A stretch of DNA of 63,850 nt, filler included, from Craspedostauros australis (lineage: Eukaryota): NCBI GenBank assembly GCA_030167865.1. It is 8 parts of 8 records of this genome, joined end to end, with 100 filler letters (N's around TTAATTAATTAA, not from the genome) between each part and the next. Parts side by side here need not be neighbours in the genome. Positions count along the whole stretch, not along the records: positions 9,715 to 41,224 come from JALAGF010005580.1; 7 more parts are not named here. One strand, written 5' to 3'. The position numbers were made by a program, and so were the translations under genes. Positions within the stretch are counted from its first letter, which is position 1. Each line of letters starts with the position of its first letter. This document shows positions 24,811 to 35,625 of this stretch, piece by piece. The notes under the pieces are model-generated. The model did not search any database, was not told the DNA's origin, and worked only from the letters and a program-made list of their open reading frames with translations.

Positions 24811-25038
24811 CCAAGAAGAGCATCAGATACCACACACCACCACACTCTGCCACACTGCCTGGTTGGATACGACCTGCTATACAATACAATCCAATATAAT
24901 ATAGTGTAATCCAATACAAGACATCCCACCACTCCAGCAAGAATAGGAAGAAGAAAGCACCACTGTGTCAGCATCAACATTAACTATACATCATAACATT
25001 GCATAACATCATATCATACCATCGCCTTCTATAATACG

Positions 25039-28000
25039 ATGATCTCGAACGACATCGAAACCGGCGCCAAGGATTCGCAGCCGCCGCGCAGACGCAGGAT
25101 ATACCGCAGGAGCACGAGCACGAAGAAGGACTACAAGCACACGCCGACGGGCATCGTGGACTTGGAGAGCAGCGAGTTCCAGCTCGATCTGCGGAACGCC
25201 GTGCATCTCGATGTCAGCATGGATGTCAGCATGGATGCGGATCTTGACGACATCAGCGAGATGGAGGATGATGACGATGCTGCGGCGCCGTCTTGGATTC
25301 AGCGCGTCTTGGGTGCCAGATCGGGCAGCAGTGCTTGTGCGCGCAGAGCCAATGGCAATAGTAATGGCAATAGTAATAGCAATGGGAGAGGCAGCATCAT
25401 CAGATCCAATGGCAATGGCAGAAGTGGCGGCAAGAACCGCAGGAAACGAAGGGGCAGCGTGACCTTCGCTGATATGAGCAACGAGGACGGCGCAGCAGCT
25501 TCCAATCCAATCCAGCAGGAGAGCAGTCATCAGAGCAATCGACAAGCATCTCCAGAAGACAACAGACCTGATGGAGCACCCACAACAGCCACAGCCACAA
25601 CCACAACAGAAGCAGCTGGAGATGTAGCAAACCCATCATCGAAGCTGCTGCTGCACGACTACATTCGCAACAGTAGTCCCTTGCGCCCCAGTGGCAACAA
25701 CAATACCCAACGCAACAACAAGACCCAACGCAACAACAACAACAATGGCAATGGCAACAAGACCCGCTCGCCATCCTTCTACGACCATTCAGACAACATC
25801 TCGCGCTCCACACGCCGCGACACCATCCTGGACGCCGCCGGGATCCTGCACAACTCCTTCGAGGCCCGATCCGTCGCCATCCTGCGCTGGGTCGTCCTCC
25901 TGGTCTGGATCGCCTCGGCCTGCGTCGTCAGCTTCGTCTTCGTCAACAACTACGCGCAAGACAAGGAGTACGACGAGTTCCAGGCCAGCTTCCGCACCAA
26001 CGCGGACAAGATCATCACCACCTTCGACGCGGTCATCGACAGCAAGCTCAACGCCATCAACAGCCTGGCCACGGCCATCACCACCTACGCGGCGCACACC
26101 AACGACACCTTCCCCTTCCTCACCATCCCGGACTTCGTCATGGCCGGCGCCAACACGCGCATCATGTCCGACGCCTCCATCATCCACTGGCTGCCGCTGG
26201 TTCAGGAACACCAACGCCAAAAATGGCAGCAGTACGCCTATCAGAACCGATTCCAGATCAACCGCGCCTACGACCAGGACGCCTACTTCCGCACGCGCCA
26301 GGATGTAGAGCTCGGGTACCTCGATGCGCAGGAAGGGGCCGACAAAATGCGCCAGTATCAAGGATGGGAGACCCGGCAATACGAGAACCCGCCCCTGGCC
26401 AACATGACCATCGAGAACAACATGGTGCAGGACGGCACGCGGTACCATCCAGAGCTCTGGATCATCAACAACGGCACGAGGCTGCGCCCGCCAGGATCCG
26501 GTCCCTACCTGCCGCTGTGGCAGCGCAGTCCGGTCAACAGCGCGCGTCAATTCACCCTCAATCTGGATCTCGCTGTCTCGCGCGGTCTCAAAGGCATCTT
26601 TCCCTACCAGCTTGAAAAGAAGGACAAGGGTGTCCTGCTGCACAGCGCCATGATCCCGGATCCCGAAGTCGAAGTCCTCCTCAACGACATCCTGCTGCAC
26701 TCGCAGTTTCGTCATGACGGCATCGTCTACGCCGGCGACACGGAGACCAAGATATCCTATCCCGTCTACGATGGATTTGGGGAGGATTCAAACTTCGTCG
26801 GCGTCCTCTCCTCCTCCATCTACTGGCGTCTCTCCTTCACGAACGTCCTGCCGGCCAAAGCCAAGGGATACATCGTCGTCATGGAGAACAAGCAAAATCA
26901 GGTATTCTCCTACAAGGTCGACGGCAGGAACGTCACCTTCCTCGGCAGCGGCGATCCGCGCGAACGATACGGCTCCGACTACATCTTCGACACCATGGGC
27001 GTGCAGGCCGCGTCGCACAGCGCCAACTTGCGTCCCAAGCAAGAGACGCATGCCTACACCACCTTGCCCATAGACACGGAATTCAACACCTACACCATCA
27101 CCATCTATCCCACCCAGGAAACTCTCGACGTCTTCCAGACGGACGAGCCCATCTTCTACACCCTCCTCGTCGCCGCCATCTTCGGACTGGCCGCCGTCAT
27201 ATTCCTCACCTACGACTTTTGCGTGCAGCGCCGGCAACACATCATCGCTTCCAAGGCCGTCGACAATGCAAAGAAGGCGGCCGTGGCGGAACGCGATCTC
27301 AACGAGTACATCGCGCATGAGGTCCGCAATCCGCTCTCGGCCGCGCTCAGCGCCTGCAGCTTTGTCAGTTCGGCCGTCAATCAGTCCCATCCATTGTCGG
27401 ATGACGAGGCCAAACAGATGGTGCGCGAGGATGTGCAGATCATCAACTCCTCCCTCTCCTTCGTCAATGAGCTCCTGCGCAACCTCCTGGATCTGCATCG
27501 CGCCACGGATCGGCAGATCCGCATTCGCAAGCGACAGACGGATATCTTTGATGAAATCCTCAAACCCGTCGCGTCCATCCTCTATCGCCGCGATGACGGA
27601 TTTCAGCTCATCGTAGAGAGCTTTCCGCGACGGTTGCTCGTCAACACGGATTCCTTGCGGCTCAAGCAGGTCCTGCTCAATCTGGGCCGCAACGCATCCA
27701 AGTTCGTTAACAACGGGTTCCTCCGGCTGCGTGCAGAGTTGGATGGCGAAGAAGAACAGCAGTCGGTCAAGCTCTACGTCGAAGATTCGGGTCCAGGCAT
27801 TCCCGTCGAGAATCGCAAGTACCTATTCTCCAAATTCCAGGAGAGCCTCGACGTCACGACGCAAGGATCGGGCATCGGCCTGTGTCTCTGCAAGAACCTC
27901 CTCGATATCATGGGCGGCGACATCTGGCTAGACGAATCCTACGACAGCGGCATCCCCGGACAACCCGGCACAAGATTCGTCGTCGACCTCAAGGTCCTGC

Positions 28001-29739
28001 CCATGCAACCCTGCGACGGCGCCACGGGCCGCAGCCTCGAGGAGGATGGCAGCATGCCGGGTGAAGAATATGCCATCGGCGTCGTCTCCAACGCCATGAT
28101 CGAGACGTGCACCGATGACGATGCCAACGGTGATCGACATTCCGTCGTCCTCACATCGCCCGTCACATGCGACGTCCTCGTCACGCACGAGAAGGACGCC
28201 TCGACGGCCACGACGTCGCAAGGTGAAGAAGAGGCGGCGCCTTTGTTTGCCGCGCGGCAGATGATGGAAGATGACGACAAACCCTTATTTGCGATACAAC
28301 AAGCGCAGACAGACGAGGGGCCCGCTGACGATAACGCGCCGCCATTATTTGCGATTCAATCGGCGCCGAAGATTGATGATGAGAAACCAGCATCAGCTGC
28401 TGCTGCTGATGACAAGGCACCATTGTTTGCGATACAGGCGCCGCCAAACATGGATGATGGGGAGACTGAAGACTCACCAACAACTGCCGACATGAAGCCA
28501 GTCGCAGCGCCGTTATTTGCGATACAACCATCACTATCACCAACGACTGATATACAAGTGGAAGATGAGGAACAAGCATCAGCTGATGATGATAATGATG
28601 ATAAGCCAGCGATGGCACCATTGGTCGCACCACAGCTACCAGCGGCACAACCAGAACATGGGGAGAGAGAGGAATCAGCAAGGACTACCGAAGACAAGCC
28701 AGCCCGAGCGCCCTTGTTTGCGATGCAACCACCATCACGTGACCTAACGCAACGGGAACAACACACATCAGCTGCTGACGACAAGCCGGCTAGAACACCG
28801 TTGTTCGCCATACAGCAACCGCCACAAGTGCAGATAGAGAAGGGGGGAAGGGAAGAGCACAAGGCGGCCGCTGACCGCAAACCAATCCAAGCACCGTTAT
28901 TTGCCATGCATCAGCCGCCGCCAGTACAGATCGAAGAGGGGGGAAGGGAACAGCAAAGGTCAGCTACTACTGACGATGCGAGTAAGCCGGCCAGAGCACC
29001 ATTATTTGGCATACAGCAACCGCCGCCAATACAGATGGAACAAGGGGGAAGGGGAGAACTGAAATCATCATCACCGGCTGCCAACCGAGGTCAAGATGGT
29101 TGTGTTGGAAATGGGGAACAGCAACCAACGCAGCACCAGCCTCCATCGACACAGCGGAGAGAACAGCCTCCACCTCAGTTGCAATCGCCATCAACACGTA
29201 AGACGCAGACTCAGACACAAATGGAGAGCCCGACAAAGATGGCGGCACGAGAATCACACACCATAATGATGCTGCCAACGCAGCAACCATCTTTCTCGGG
29301 GCTCTTATCACCATCCACGCCAGACACGGAAAAGGTGCTGCCGGAACAACTCTCCGTCCTCTTCGTTGACGATGACAGGGTTCTCAGGAAGCTGTTTGCC
29401 AGATGCGTGAGGCGGGCTCTGCCGGGGTGGACGATCAAGGAAGCGCCCGATGGCGAAACTGCCCTGGAGATGGTCGAAACCAACGACACCTTCGGCCTCA
29501 TCTTCATGGATCAGTACATGTCGACGACGGAGAAGAAGTTGCTTGGAACAGAAACGGTTCTGGAGCTGCGCAGACGTGGGATCAAGACGAAGATCTGCGG
29601 GCTGTCCGCCAATGACGTCGAGGACGACTTCCTGGCAGTCGGAGCCGATGCGTTCATCTGCAAACCCTTCTCCTTCGACAAGAAGGGTCTCAGACGTGAG
29701 ATCTCCGGGGTGATGTTCAGCCAGTCAGGACCCAAGTAG
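25039..29739 (+). CDS. Membrane hybrid sensor histidine kinase (TM - CHASE-like sensor - TM - HisKA - HATPase - repeat linker - receiver)
   Basis: 1566 aa with two TM helices. H-box YIAHEVRNPL, N-box QVLLNLGRNASKF, G1 DSGPGI, G2 GSGIGL. C-terminal REC has LFVDDD, IFMDQYM and KPF. Confidence 0.93.
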   Translation: MISNDIETGAKDSQPPRRRRIYRRSTSTKKDYKHTPTGIVDLESSEFQLDLRNAVHLDVSMDVSMDADLDDISEMEDDDDAAAPSWIQRVLGARSGSSACARRANGNSNGNSNSNGRGSIIRSNGNGRSGGKNRRKRRGSVTFADMSNEDGAAASNPIQQESSHQSNRQASPEDNRPDGAPTTATATTTTEAAGDVANPSSKLLLHDYIRNSSPLRPSGNNNTQRNNKTQRNNNNNGNGNKTRSPSFYDHSDNISRSTRRDTILDAAGILHNSFEARSVAILRWVVLLVWIASACVVSFVFVNNYAQDKEYDEFQASFRTNADKIITTFDAVIDSKLNAINSLATAITTYAAHTNDTFPFLTIPDFVMAGANTRIMSDASIIHWLPLVQEHQRQKWQQYAYQNRFQINRAYDQDAYFRTRQDVELGYLDAQEGADKMRQYQGWETRQYENPPLANMTIENNMVQDGTRYHPELWIINNGTRLRPPGSGPYLPLWQRSPVNSARQFTLNLDLAVSRGLKGIFPYQLEKKDKGVLLHSAMIPDPEVEVLLNDILLHSQFRHDGIVYAGDTETKISYPVYDGFGEDSNFVGVLSSSIYWRLSFTNVLPAKAKGYIVVMENKQNQVFSYKVDGRNVTFLGSGDPRERYGSDYIFDTMGVQAASHSANLRPKQETHAYTTLPIDTEFNTYTITIYPTQETLDVFQTDEPIFYTLLVAAIFGLAAVIFLTYDFCVQRRQHIIASKAVDNAKKAAVAERDLNEYIAHEVRNPLSAALSACSFVSSAVNQSHPLSDDEAKQMVREDVQIINSSLSFVNELLRNLLDLHRATDRQIRIRKRQTDIFDEILKPVASILYRRDDGFQLIVESFPRRLLVNTDSLRLKQVLLNLGRNASKFVNNGFLRLRAELDGEEEQQSVKLYVEDSGPGIPVENRKYLFSKFQESLDVTTQGSGIGLCLCKNLLDIMGGDIWLDESYDSGIPGQPGTRFVVDLKVLPMQPCDGATGRSLEEDGSMPGEEYAIGVVSNAMIETCTDDDANGDRHSVVLTSPVTCDVLVTHEKDASTATTSQGEEEAAPLFAARQMMEDDDKPLFAIQQAQTDEGPADDNAPPLFAIQSAPKIDDEKPASAAAADDKAPLFAIQAPPNMDDGETEDSPTTADMKPVAAPLFAIQPSLSPTTDIQVEDEEQASADDDNDDKPAMAPLVAPQLPAAQPEHGEREESARTTEDKPARAPLFAMQPPSRDLTQREQHTSAADDKPARTPLFAIQQPPQVQIEKGGREEHKAAADRKPIQAPLFAMHQPPPVQIEEGGREQQRSATTDDASKPARAPLFGIQQPPPIQMEQGGRGELKSSSPAANRGQDGCVGNGEQQPTQHQPPSTQRREQPPPQLQSPSTRKTQTQTQMESPTKMAARESHTIMMLPTQQPSFSGLLSPSTPDTEKVLPEQLSVLFVDDDRVLRKLFARCVRRALPGWTIKEAPDGETALEMVETNDTFGLIFMDQYMSTTEKKLLGTETVLELRRRGIKTKICGLSANDVEDDFLAVGADAFICKPFSFDKKGLRREISGVMFSQSGPK
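28235..29020 (+). repeat. In-frame coding repeat: about 10 copies of (A)PLFA(I/M)Q
   Basis: APLFAARQ, KPLFAIQ, PPLFAIQ, APLFAIQ, APLFAIQ, APLVAPQ, APLFAMQ, TPLFAIQ, APLFAMH, APLFGIQ. Confidence 0.9.
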
Positions 29740-30938
29740 GGTAGAATCGGTCCATCAGCTTCGACTTCGCCCAAGGCATCTGTAACAGTTCGATAGGATA
29801 GACGCTGCTTCGTAAAATCCTCGCTGAGTGTTGCTTTACTCCGCTTCACTAAGATTAACGCGCGATTGTTGCAGAACGCGCAACAGTCTCATGACAACGC
29901 TGCATCGGCGAACGTGATGATGAGATGCTCTTCCTCGCACGTTACCACCATGCAAACTCGTACCAGTGTCGGCAACATGCGTTACATGACTCTGGAGTGG
30001 TGCGACCTGGAAGGGCGGGTGCCAAGGACAAGAACTTGTTGACGCAGAACACCAAAGAGCCGAGGATGAGCTGCATCGGCCATCCGAAATGACGTTGGAA
30101 CGCCGTCAGTTCGTTCCGAGCATGTGTAAGAGCCTGAGGAACAATGATGGTGCGAAGGGTGATGCACGTTTCATACTCTTCACTGGAGAATGGCTATCAT
30201 TCGGATCCGATATTCGCGGTGGTAAACTCATCTGCGCTGTTCCCCGAGGCAGGTCGGATTGGGATTCTGGAGTGGAGACTGGAATTGAGCAAGGTGCGCG
30301 CAGAGTACTTGTTTCGAGTGGAGTGATCGGTGGCATAGTTAGTTGGTACAATACGCTAGAACAAGGAGGGTACTCCGTACTTCATGTGTGTTCCCTTGCA
30401 CCTGAACACGAAAAAGTGCGACAAAACCGACAACGACAAAGATCGTCCTGTTCTGGTTTTGCGAATCCGCAGTGTTGATCCCACTCCGATCCAGTGAAGC
30501 CTTTCTCTTGTTCTTTTGTGTTTTGCGGGCGTGATGTCACACATGTCAAACACACGTCAGTTCTGGTTGTGGGCTGCCATAAGAATATATTAAGTGCAAA
30601 AAGGAAAATAAATGGTCATCACTGTTCCCTATGGTACTTTGTTAAGTGGATTTATATCATGTCATTCAATAGGCCTTCGCGCTCTTGTATCTTGATCTGA
30701 CGTCGCCAGATGCGCGACATCATTCCTTGATGGCGACGAGAAACCGCACCAAGAAACCGACCTCATCATTTCTTCGAAAGGACACATCATCGCACCAGCA
30801 ACCACAAACGCATCGACAGCAACAGCAGCAGCACCAGCCATCGAGCATCCGCAAAAATAAGCACTTGTTCTCACAATCACAGCCACGACAACACTTACCA
30901 GCACAAAACGCATCATCAAAGCGCAGCATCACAGGATC

Positions 30939-31931
30939 ATGGAGAAGCAACTTCCAATCGAACAGCAGGCAATGGAGGGCACGGACATCAGTCCCCTCCG
31001 GCTGGCCATGTGCATCAATCGTGGGATGTCGGCCTTGGAGTCCGGCGACTTGTCTCTGGCTCAAGATCTGCTGCTGTCGGGGTTGACCGCGGTCAGAGGC
31101 TTGCTGGCCAAGTTCCCATCCCGTGAACAACAGCATCGGCATCAGGACCCGTCGGCAGAGACGCCTCCCAGCATGAGCGCCGATGGCAACGGATGCATCG
31201 TGACGACCCAGTGCCCGATACACATTCGCAACATGACGAACGGCAACACATCCAACCGGGGACAGGGAGTTGCCGATGCTTCGGGCAGCGGCAGCACCTG
31301 CACACATAACAGCAATGACAGGAATCGCCAACCGTGCAGATCCCAAGATCAACGGTACGGCTGCCCGTCATCGTATCTGTACACCCAGGCTCAGTCGATC
31401 GACATGGAAAGCGTGCGCGACCTGCAATGGTCCTTTTCGACGGTGAATGCCATCACGGCCATCTTGACGTACGACGTTGCGCTGCTGTATCACATCAAGA
31501 CCATCCTGGTGATGATGCAGCAACCGCAGCGCAATATCCTCCTCGCCCTCAAAGCCAATCCAGCCTGCGCCCGCATGCTGGAACAGACGAAGCTGCTGTA
31601 CATGGACGCCTACCAGCTGACCGTCAGCACGGACGCGCAGTCGCAGGACATCCTGCGGATACTGGGCATCTGGAACAACCTGGCGCAGATCCACTGCTGC
31701 CTCGGTGACGAACTGGCCTCGACGCTGTGCTGCCATCAGGTTTTGCAAGTCATCGCGATGACACGCGATGGTGACGAGGCATCGGTACCCTCCAAGGGCA
31801 ACGACAGCAGCCGCAATGCGGAGTATCTGCGCGCAGTGCTGATGCAGAATCTGCCGCAGGTCGAGCTGCTGCTGGAGAATGCCGTGAAGCTGTGCGACAG
31901 TATATCCAATTCGGTCGCGCCGGCGGCGTAG
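30939..31931 (+). CDS. Hypothetical helical (TPR-like) protein of a diatom-type family
   Basis: 330 aa with pattern YLY...AILTYDVALLYH...LLY..A...WNNLAQIH and C-terminal APAA. Confidence 0.7.
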   Translation: MEKQLPIEQQAMEGTDISPLRLAMCINRGMSALESGDLSLAQDLLLSGLTAVRGLLAKFPSREQQHRHQDPSAETPPSMSADGNGCIVTTQCPIHIRNMTNGNTSNRGQGVADASGSGSTCTHNSNDRNRQPCRSQDQRYGCPSSYLYTQAQSIDMESVRDLQWSFSTVNAITAILTYDVALLYHIKTILVMMQQPQRNILLALKANPACARMLEQTKLLYMDAYQLTVSTDAQSQDILRILGIWNNLAQIHCCLGDELASTLCCHQVLQVIAMTRDGDEASVPSKGNDSSRNAEYLRAVLMQNLPQVELLLENAVKLCDSISNSVAPAA

Positions 31932-32482
31932 CGGCGCATGCGGCAGGAGGGGGTCTCCATCTTTCGTGTCGTTGGCACAGATACCAGAGCATGCGACGAC
32001 AGCAGGTGATGACGGGCAAGGCATGTCTCTTGTTGACTATTGTATGATAGTACAAATACGTAGTATTCTATTTTATTTTCCTTGTCGCGATATGAGCATG
32101 CTACATGCTAAACTTGTACTTGCGCTTGCAGGAGTAGCTGCACTTCTCTTCTGTATAGTACAGTTGCGCACGTCAGAGTAAACGATCTGCACACCATGCT
32201 CTCATCGTGTCGCGGGTCGTGTGATGGGAGAGCTACAATCCGATGCAACATCCGGAACCAATGCTGCGCCACAACTTTCGATAGTCCGAGACCCTTTATC
32301 GTCGAGAGAGAGGGAGAGAGAGATGCTTGGTACTGTAGAACTTTGTATCTTTCACCATACTTCGCCGCACCAATACACTGTTCGTAGGACATTGGTAGCG
32401 CCAAAGCAATGCGTGGTAGAGTAGCGCATAGCATCGCATGCTACCGCAGTCAACGCACTTCAGGAACAACCCTTATCTGCCG

Positions 32483-33997
32483 TTAATCATCGTTGAAGAG
32501 ATCCCATAGCATCCCCAACAAGCCTTGCCCCGCATCCTCCGTCGCCTCCTCACCCAACCCTTCCATCTCCGTGCTATCGAATCCTTCCTCTCCCCAATGG
32601 TCTCCGTCCTCCTTGCCAAACGCACCATCGTCGTTGGTAGAAAAGCTGGTATCGTCGTCGCCAAAATCCGGCGTGCTGAGATCTTCATCCGAAAAGGTGG
32701 TTTCGCTGCTGGACGCGAAAGGATCGTCCGAAAAGGGTTCTGACGATGGCATGGCATCGGATGGCGATACCGCGGCGTCTCCAAACAAGGCCTCTGATGA
32801 TTCCGCATCCATCATACCCGAGCTCGCGACGGTGGCCTGTCGATCCTCCATTTCCGACGCGGCCACCACTTCTTCGCCGCCCACATCGCCACCAGCTGCA
32901 TCCTCAACTGGTGCATCCGAAGCACCACCACCGCCCACACCAATCGGAATCGGCACGCCGAGCCCACCGCCGGCCGGCACACGCCGCGCAATCTCCGCAA
33001 TCATCCGATCCGGCGGCAACCCTTGCAACCACACCTTACCGGGACCCGTCAGCTTCGTGACAAAGAGGCCTTCACCACCGAACATGACGTTCGTGACACC
33101 GGCCATCATCTGCACATCGTACTGCACCGACGCCGTGAAGGCGACGATACTGCCCGACGTGACGCGCAATGTTTCATTCGGCGCCAAATCACGTTGCACG
33201 ATGGTGCCGCCGCCTTGAATGACGACGTCGCCCGTGCCCGACAGCTTTTGCAAGACGAATCCCTGGCCGCCGAAGAAGCCGCTGGTGAAGGACTTGGTGA
33301 ATTCCATCTCCATCTGCACCATCGTGGGATGGTTGCACGCCAGAAAGGCGCCGCGTTGGCAGATCAGCGTGCTGTCGTCGTAATCGGGCAACGACAAGTT
33401 GAGAAGTTTGGACGGGAAGTTGGTGCCCAACGCGATGGTGCCGCTGCCCGTGAAATCGGTGAGGAACATGTTCTGTCCCGTCATCATGCGTTTGAATGTG
33501 GACGAGGCGTCCTGCAGACTGGTGTGCATCGTGATGTCCTGCGTCATGTAGATCATGGCGCCGCTTTCGGCGCGCAGCGTTTGGTTGGGTTGCAGTTGGA
33601 TCGTGACGATCTGCGATTCTTCGCCTTCAATCTTGGCCTGCGTGAAGAAGTCGATGGGTTCGGCTGTGGGTGTTATGGCGGAGTTGTCACTGTCGTTCCT
33701 ATTGCCGTCGTCAGGCGTGTTGTTGAGTGGAACCGGTGGTTGTGATGAAAAGGAGAATGCTGTCGCAGAAAGTGGATGGTGGCGATGGCTCAATCTGCAA
33801 CAACTTGGACGAGCAGCATGCATTGGAGATGCAGAGGACGCAATGGTGGATGAAGCTGAGCTGCATCCGTGCCATCCTCTCGGAACGCATGCTGATGCAT
33901 AGCGATGATGACTGAGCTGCGCGAGTTGGCGCATCATAGTACGAGAACGAGTCGACTCCCGTGATGCGCAGCACAGTCGATTCAGAGATGAATGCAT
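32483..33997 (-). CDS. AIM24: AIM24 family protein (TIGR00266-like), probably mitochondrial
   Basis: LRAESGAMIYM, LICQRGAFL, GFFGGQGFVLQKLSGTG, MFGGEGLFVTKLTGPGKVWLQ. R/S-rich N-terminal presequence and acidic tail. Start codon uncertain. Confidence 0.88.
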   Translation of the reverse strand: MHSSLNRLCCASRESTRSRTMMRQLAQLSHHRYASACVPRGWHGCSSASSTIASSASPMHAARPSCCRLSHRHHPLSATAFSFSSQPPVPLNNTPDDGNRNDSDNSAITPTAEPIDFFTQAKIEGEESQIVTIQLQPNQTLRAESGAMIYMTQDITMHTSLQDASSTFKRMMTGQNMFLTDFTGSGTIALGTNFPSKLLNLSLPDYDDSTLICQRGAFLACNHPTMVQMEMEFTKSFTSGFFGGQGFVLQKLSGTGDVVIQGGGTIVQRDLAPNETLRVTSGSIVAFTASVQYDVQMMAGVTNVMFGGEGLFVTKLTGPGKVWLQGLPPDRMIAEIARRVPAGGGLGVPIPIGVGGGGASDAPVEDAAGGDVGGEEVVAASEMEDRQATVASSGMMDAESSEALFGDAAVSPSDAMPSSEPFSDDPFASSSETTFSDEDLSTPDFGDDDTSFSTNDDGAFGKEDGDHWGEEGFDSTEMEGLGEEATEDAGQGLLGMLWDLFNDD

Positions 33998-34401
33998 CGT
34001 GTTCTCTGCCGTAGTCTGTGGAAGGTATTGGTATAACACAATGGATGGTCTGATGTATAGTATGGTACTATACATGCTTCCTTTTGGGGTCCTCCACACT
34101 TGTGCTGGATGCTGCGTACTTGTGTTGTGGACAACTTGAGACGAAACCTCACAAGATGTGTTGGGTTTGGAGAACTTGTTCACCATTCGACTCGTTGGAC
34201 TAACACTGCCAAGCGATGGATTCATCGTCCTTGCTTCTATCTCGCACAGTCTTTGGTCTCTCCACATCACGATGGCTTTGATGACTCATAATACGTACAA
34301 CTTCATTTTATTTACGAGCATGTTATTGCAGCATAGAAGGATAATCCTAACAGGTTAGTTACATCACGTTACGAGTATGCTGACTGCGATGCTCCGCCCC
34401 A

Positions 34402-35199
34402 TCAATAACACGTCCGCGTGGCAACGTCGCTGCGCGTCTCATCCTTGTAACAGTAGGTCAGCACGATGTTGGTGCGTTCGCCGCGCAACAAGGATATCGT
34501 CTGATGAAAGTGATCGCCAAAGTGGATCGTCGCGTATCCTTCCTCCTGCACGACGAGAAATTTGTCGATCTGCGTTGCATCCCGACCCGCCAGCGACCGA
34601 GCGCCGTAGAACAGCACGTAACTGCCGACCGCATCGGGCGTCTTGTGCAGACACATGTTGACGGTGACATCGCTGGGATCCATGTGCCGATCGCCGCTCG
34701 TCGTGTCGTGCGTGGCGGCGTTGTAGTAGACGCAGAAGGCGTCGTCGAGACGCAGTTCCGTCTGTGAGTCGATGGGGAAGTGCTGCACGATGGCGTCCGT
34801 GTCCTGCAAGATGCAGTCGAAGGGGAAGTCGGGCTCGTCCAGGATGTTGCGGTAGAATGCGTATTCGCCGTCGCCTTCCAAGGCCATGTTGAGGGGCGTG
34901 ACCTGCGAGAATTCCTTGGCCCATGCGTGGTTGATGGATGTGCTGTCGGCGTTGTCGTTGTCGTTGTCGCCATTGTCATTGTCAGACGACGACAGCTTCC
35001 TGGCCAAGTTGGGAACGGGCACTTTCACGACGCCGTACTGCAGCAGAGTCGCGGCATCCGAGATGATCGGCAAGCCTTCCATCACATCGCGTTCGGCATC
35101 GGACAGCTTGGCCAGCAGATCGTCGCTGTGGTCGCTGCACCGAAAGTGACTTGGTTCTCCTTCTCCCATCCTCTCCTCGTTTGTGTTCTGCGATACCAT
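34402..35199 (-). CDS. 2-oxoglutarate/Fe(II)-dependent dioxygenase (PLOD/ICU11-like DSBH)
   Basis: HxD...H...R set: RHMDPSDVTVNMCL...HFGDHFHQT...GERTNIV. ATG at 35199 gives 265 aa. Confidence 0.85.
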   Translation of the reverse strand: MVSQNTNEERMGEGEPSHFRCSDHSDDLLAKLSDAERDVMEGLPIISDAATLLQYGVVKVPVPNLARKLSSSDNDNGDNDNDNADSTSINHAWAKEFSQVTPLNMALEGDGEYAFYRNILDEPDFPFDCILQDTDAIVQHFPIDSQTELRLDDAFCVYYNAATHDTTSGDRHMDPSDVTVNMCLHKTPDAVGSYVLFYGARSLAGRDATQIDKFLVVQEEGYATIHFGDHFHQTISLLRGERTNIVLTYCYKDETRSDVATRTCY

Positions 35200-35625
35200 G
35201 TTGTGTCGTGCTATACGATGTTGTGTTGCAAATGTGAGATCACAGGACACGGAAGAGCGCTTGCAATGTTGTGTTCCTTCGTGATCGCTTTCCCGCTTCG
35301 CTTCGAGCGGCAGGAACGCCATGGTCGATCCTTTCTTGCGAATGGTTGTCGTTGGGTTCGCATCGCATCAGCCTCGCAGTTTGAAACACGCATGAGTCCT
35401 ATCAAGCTATACTGTTGAATGTAGAGACTTTCGATCCACTCAAGATGCAACCCAAGCACCCATGCGATCATTGTGGATAATAATTGTGACTATTTATGTG
35501 GTATAATACCATGCAAGTGCAGTATTACAATACACTACTCTACTATTATAGTGTTTGTGTTTGCATGCCCATTCATGATTAAGTCTGCCGCAGCATCAAA
35601 ATTGAAACATCCCAATCATGCCCTC

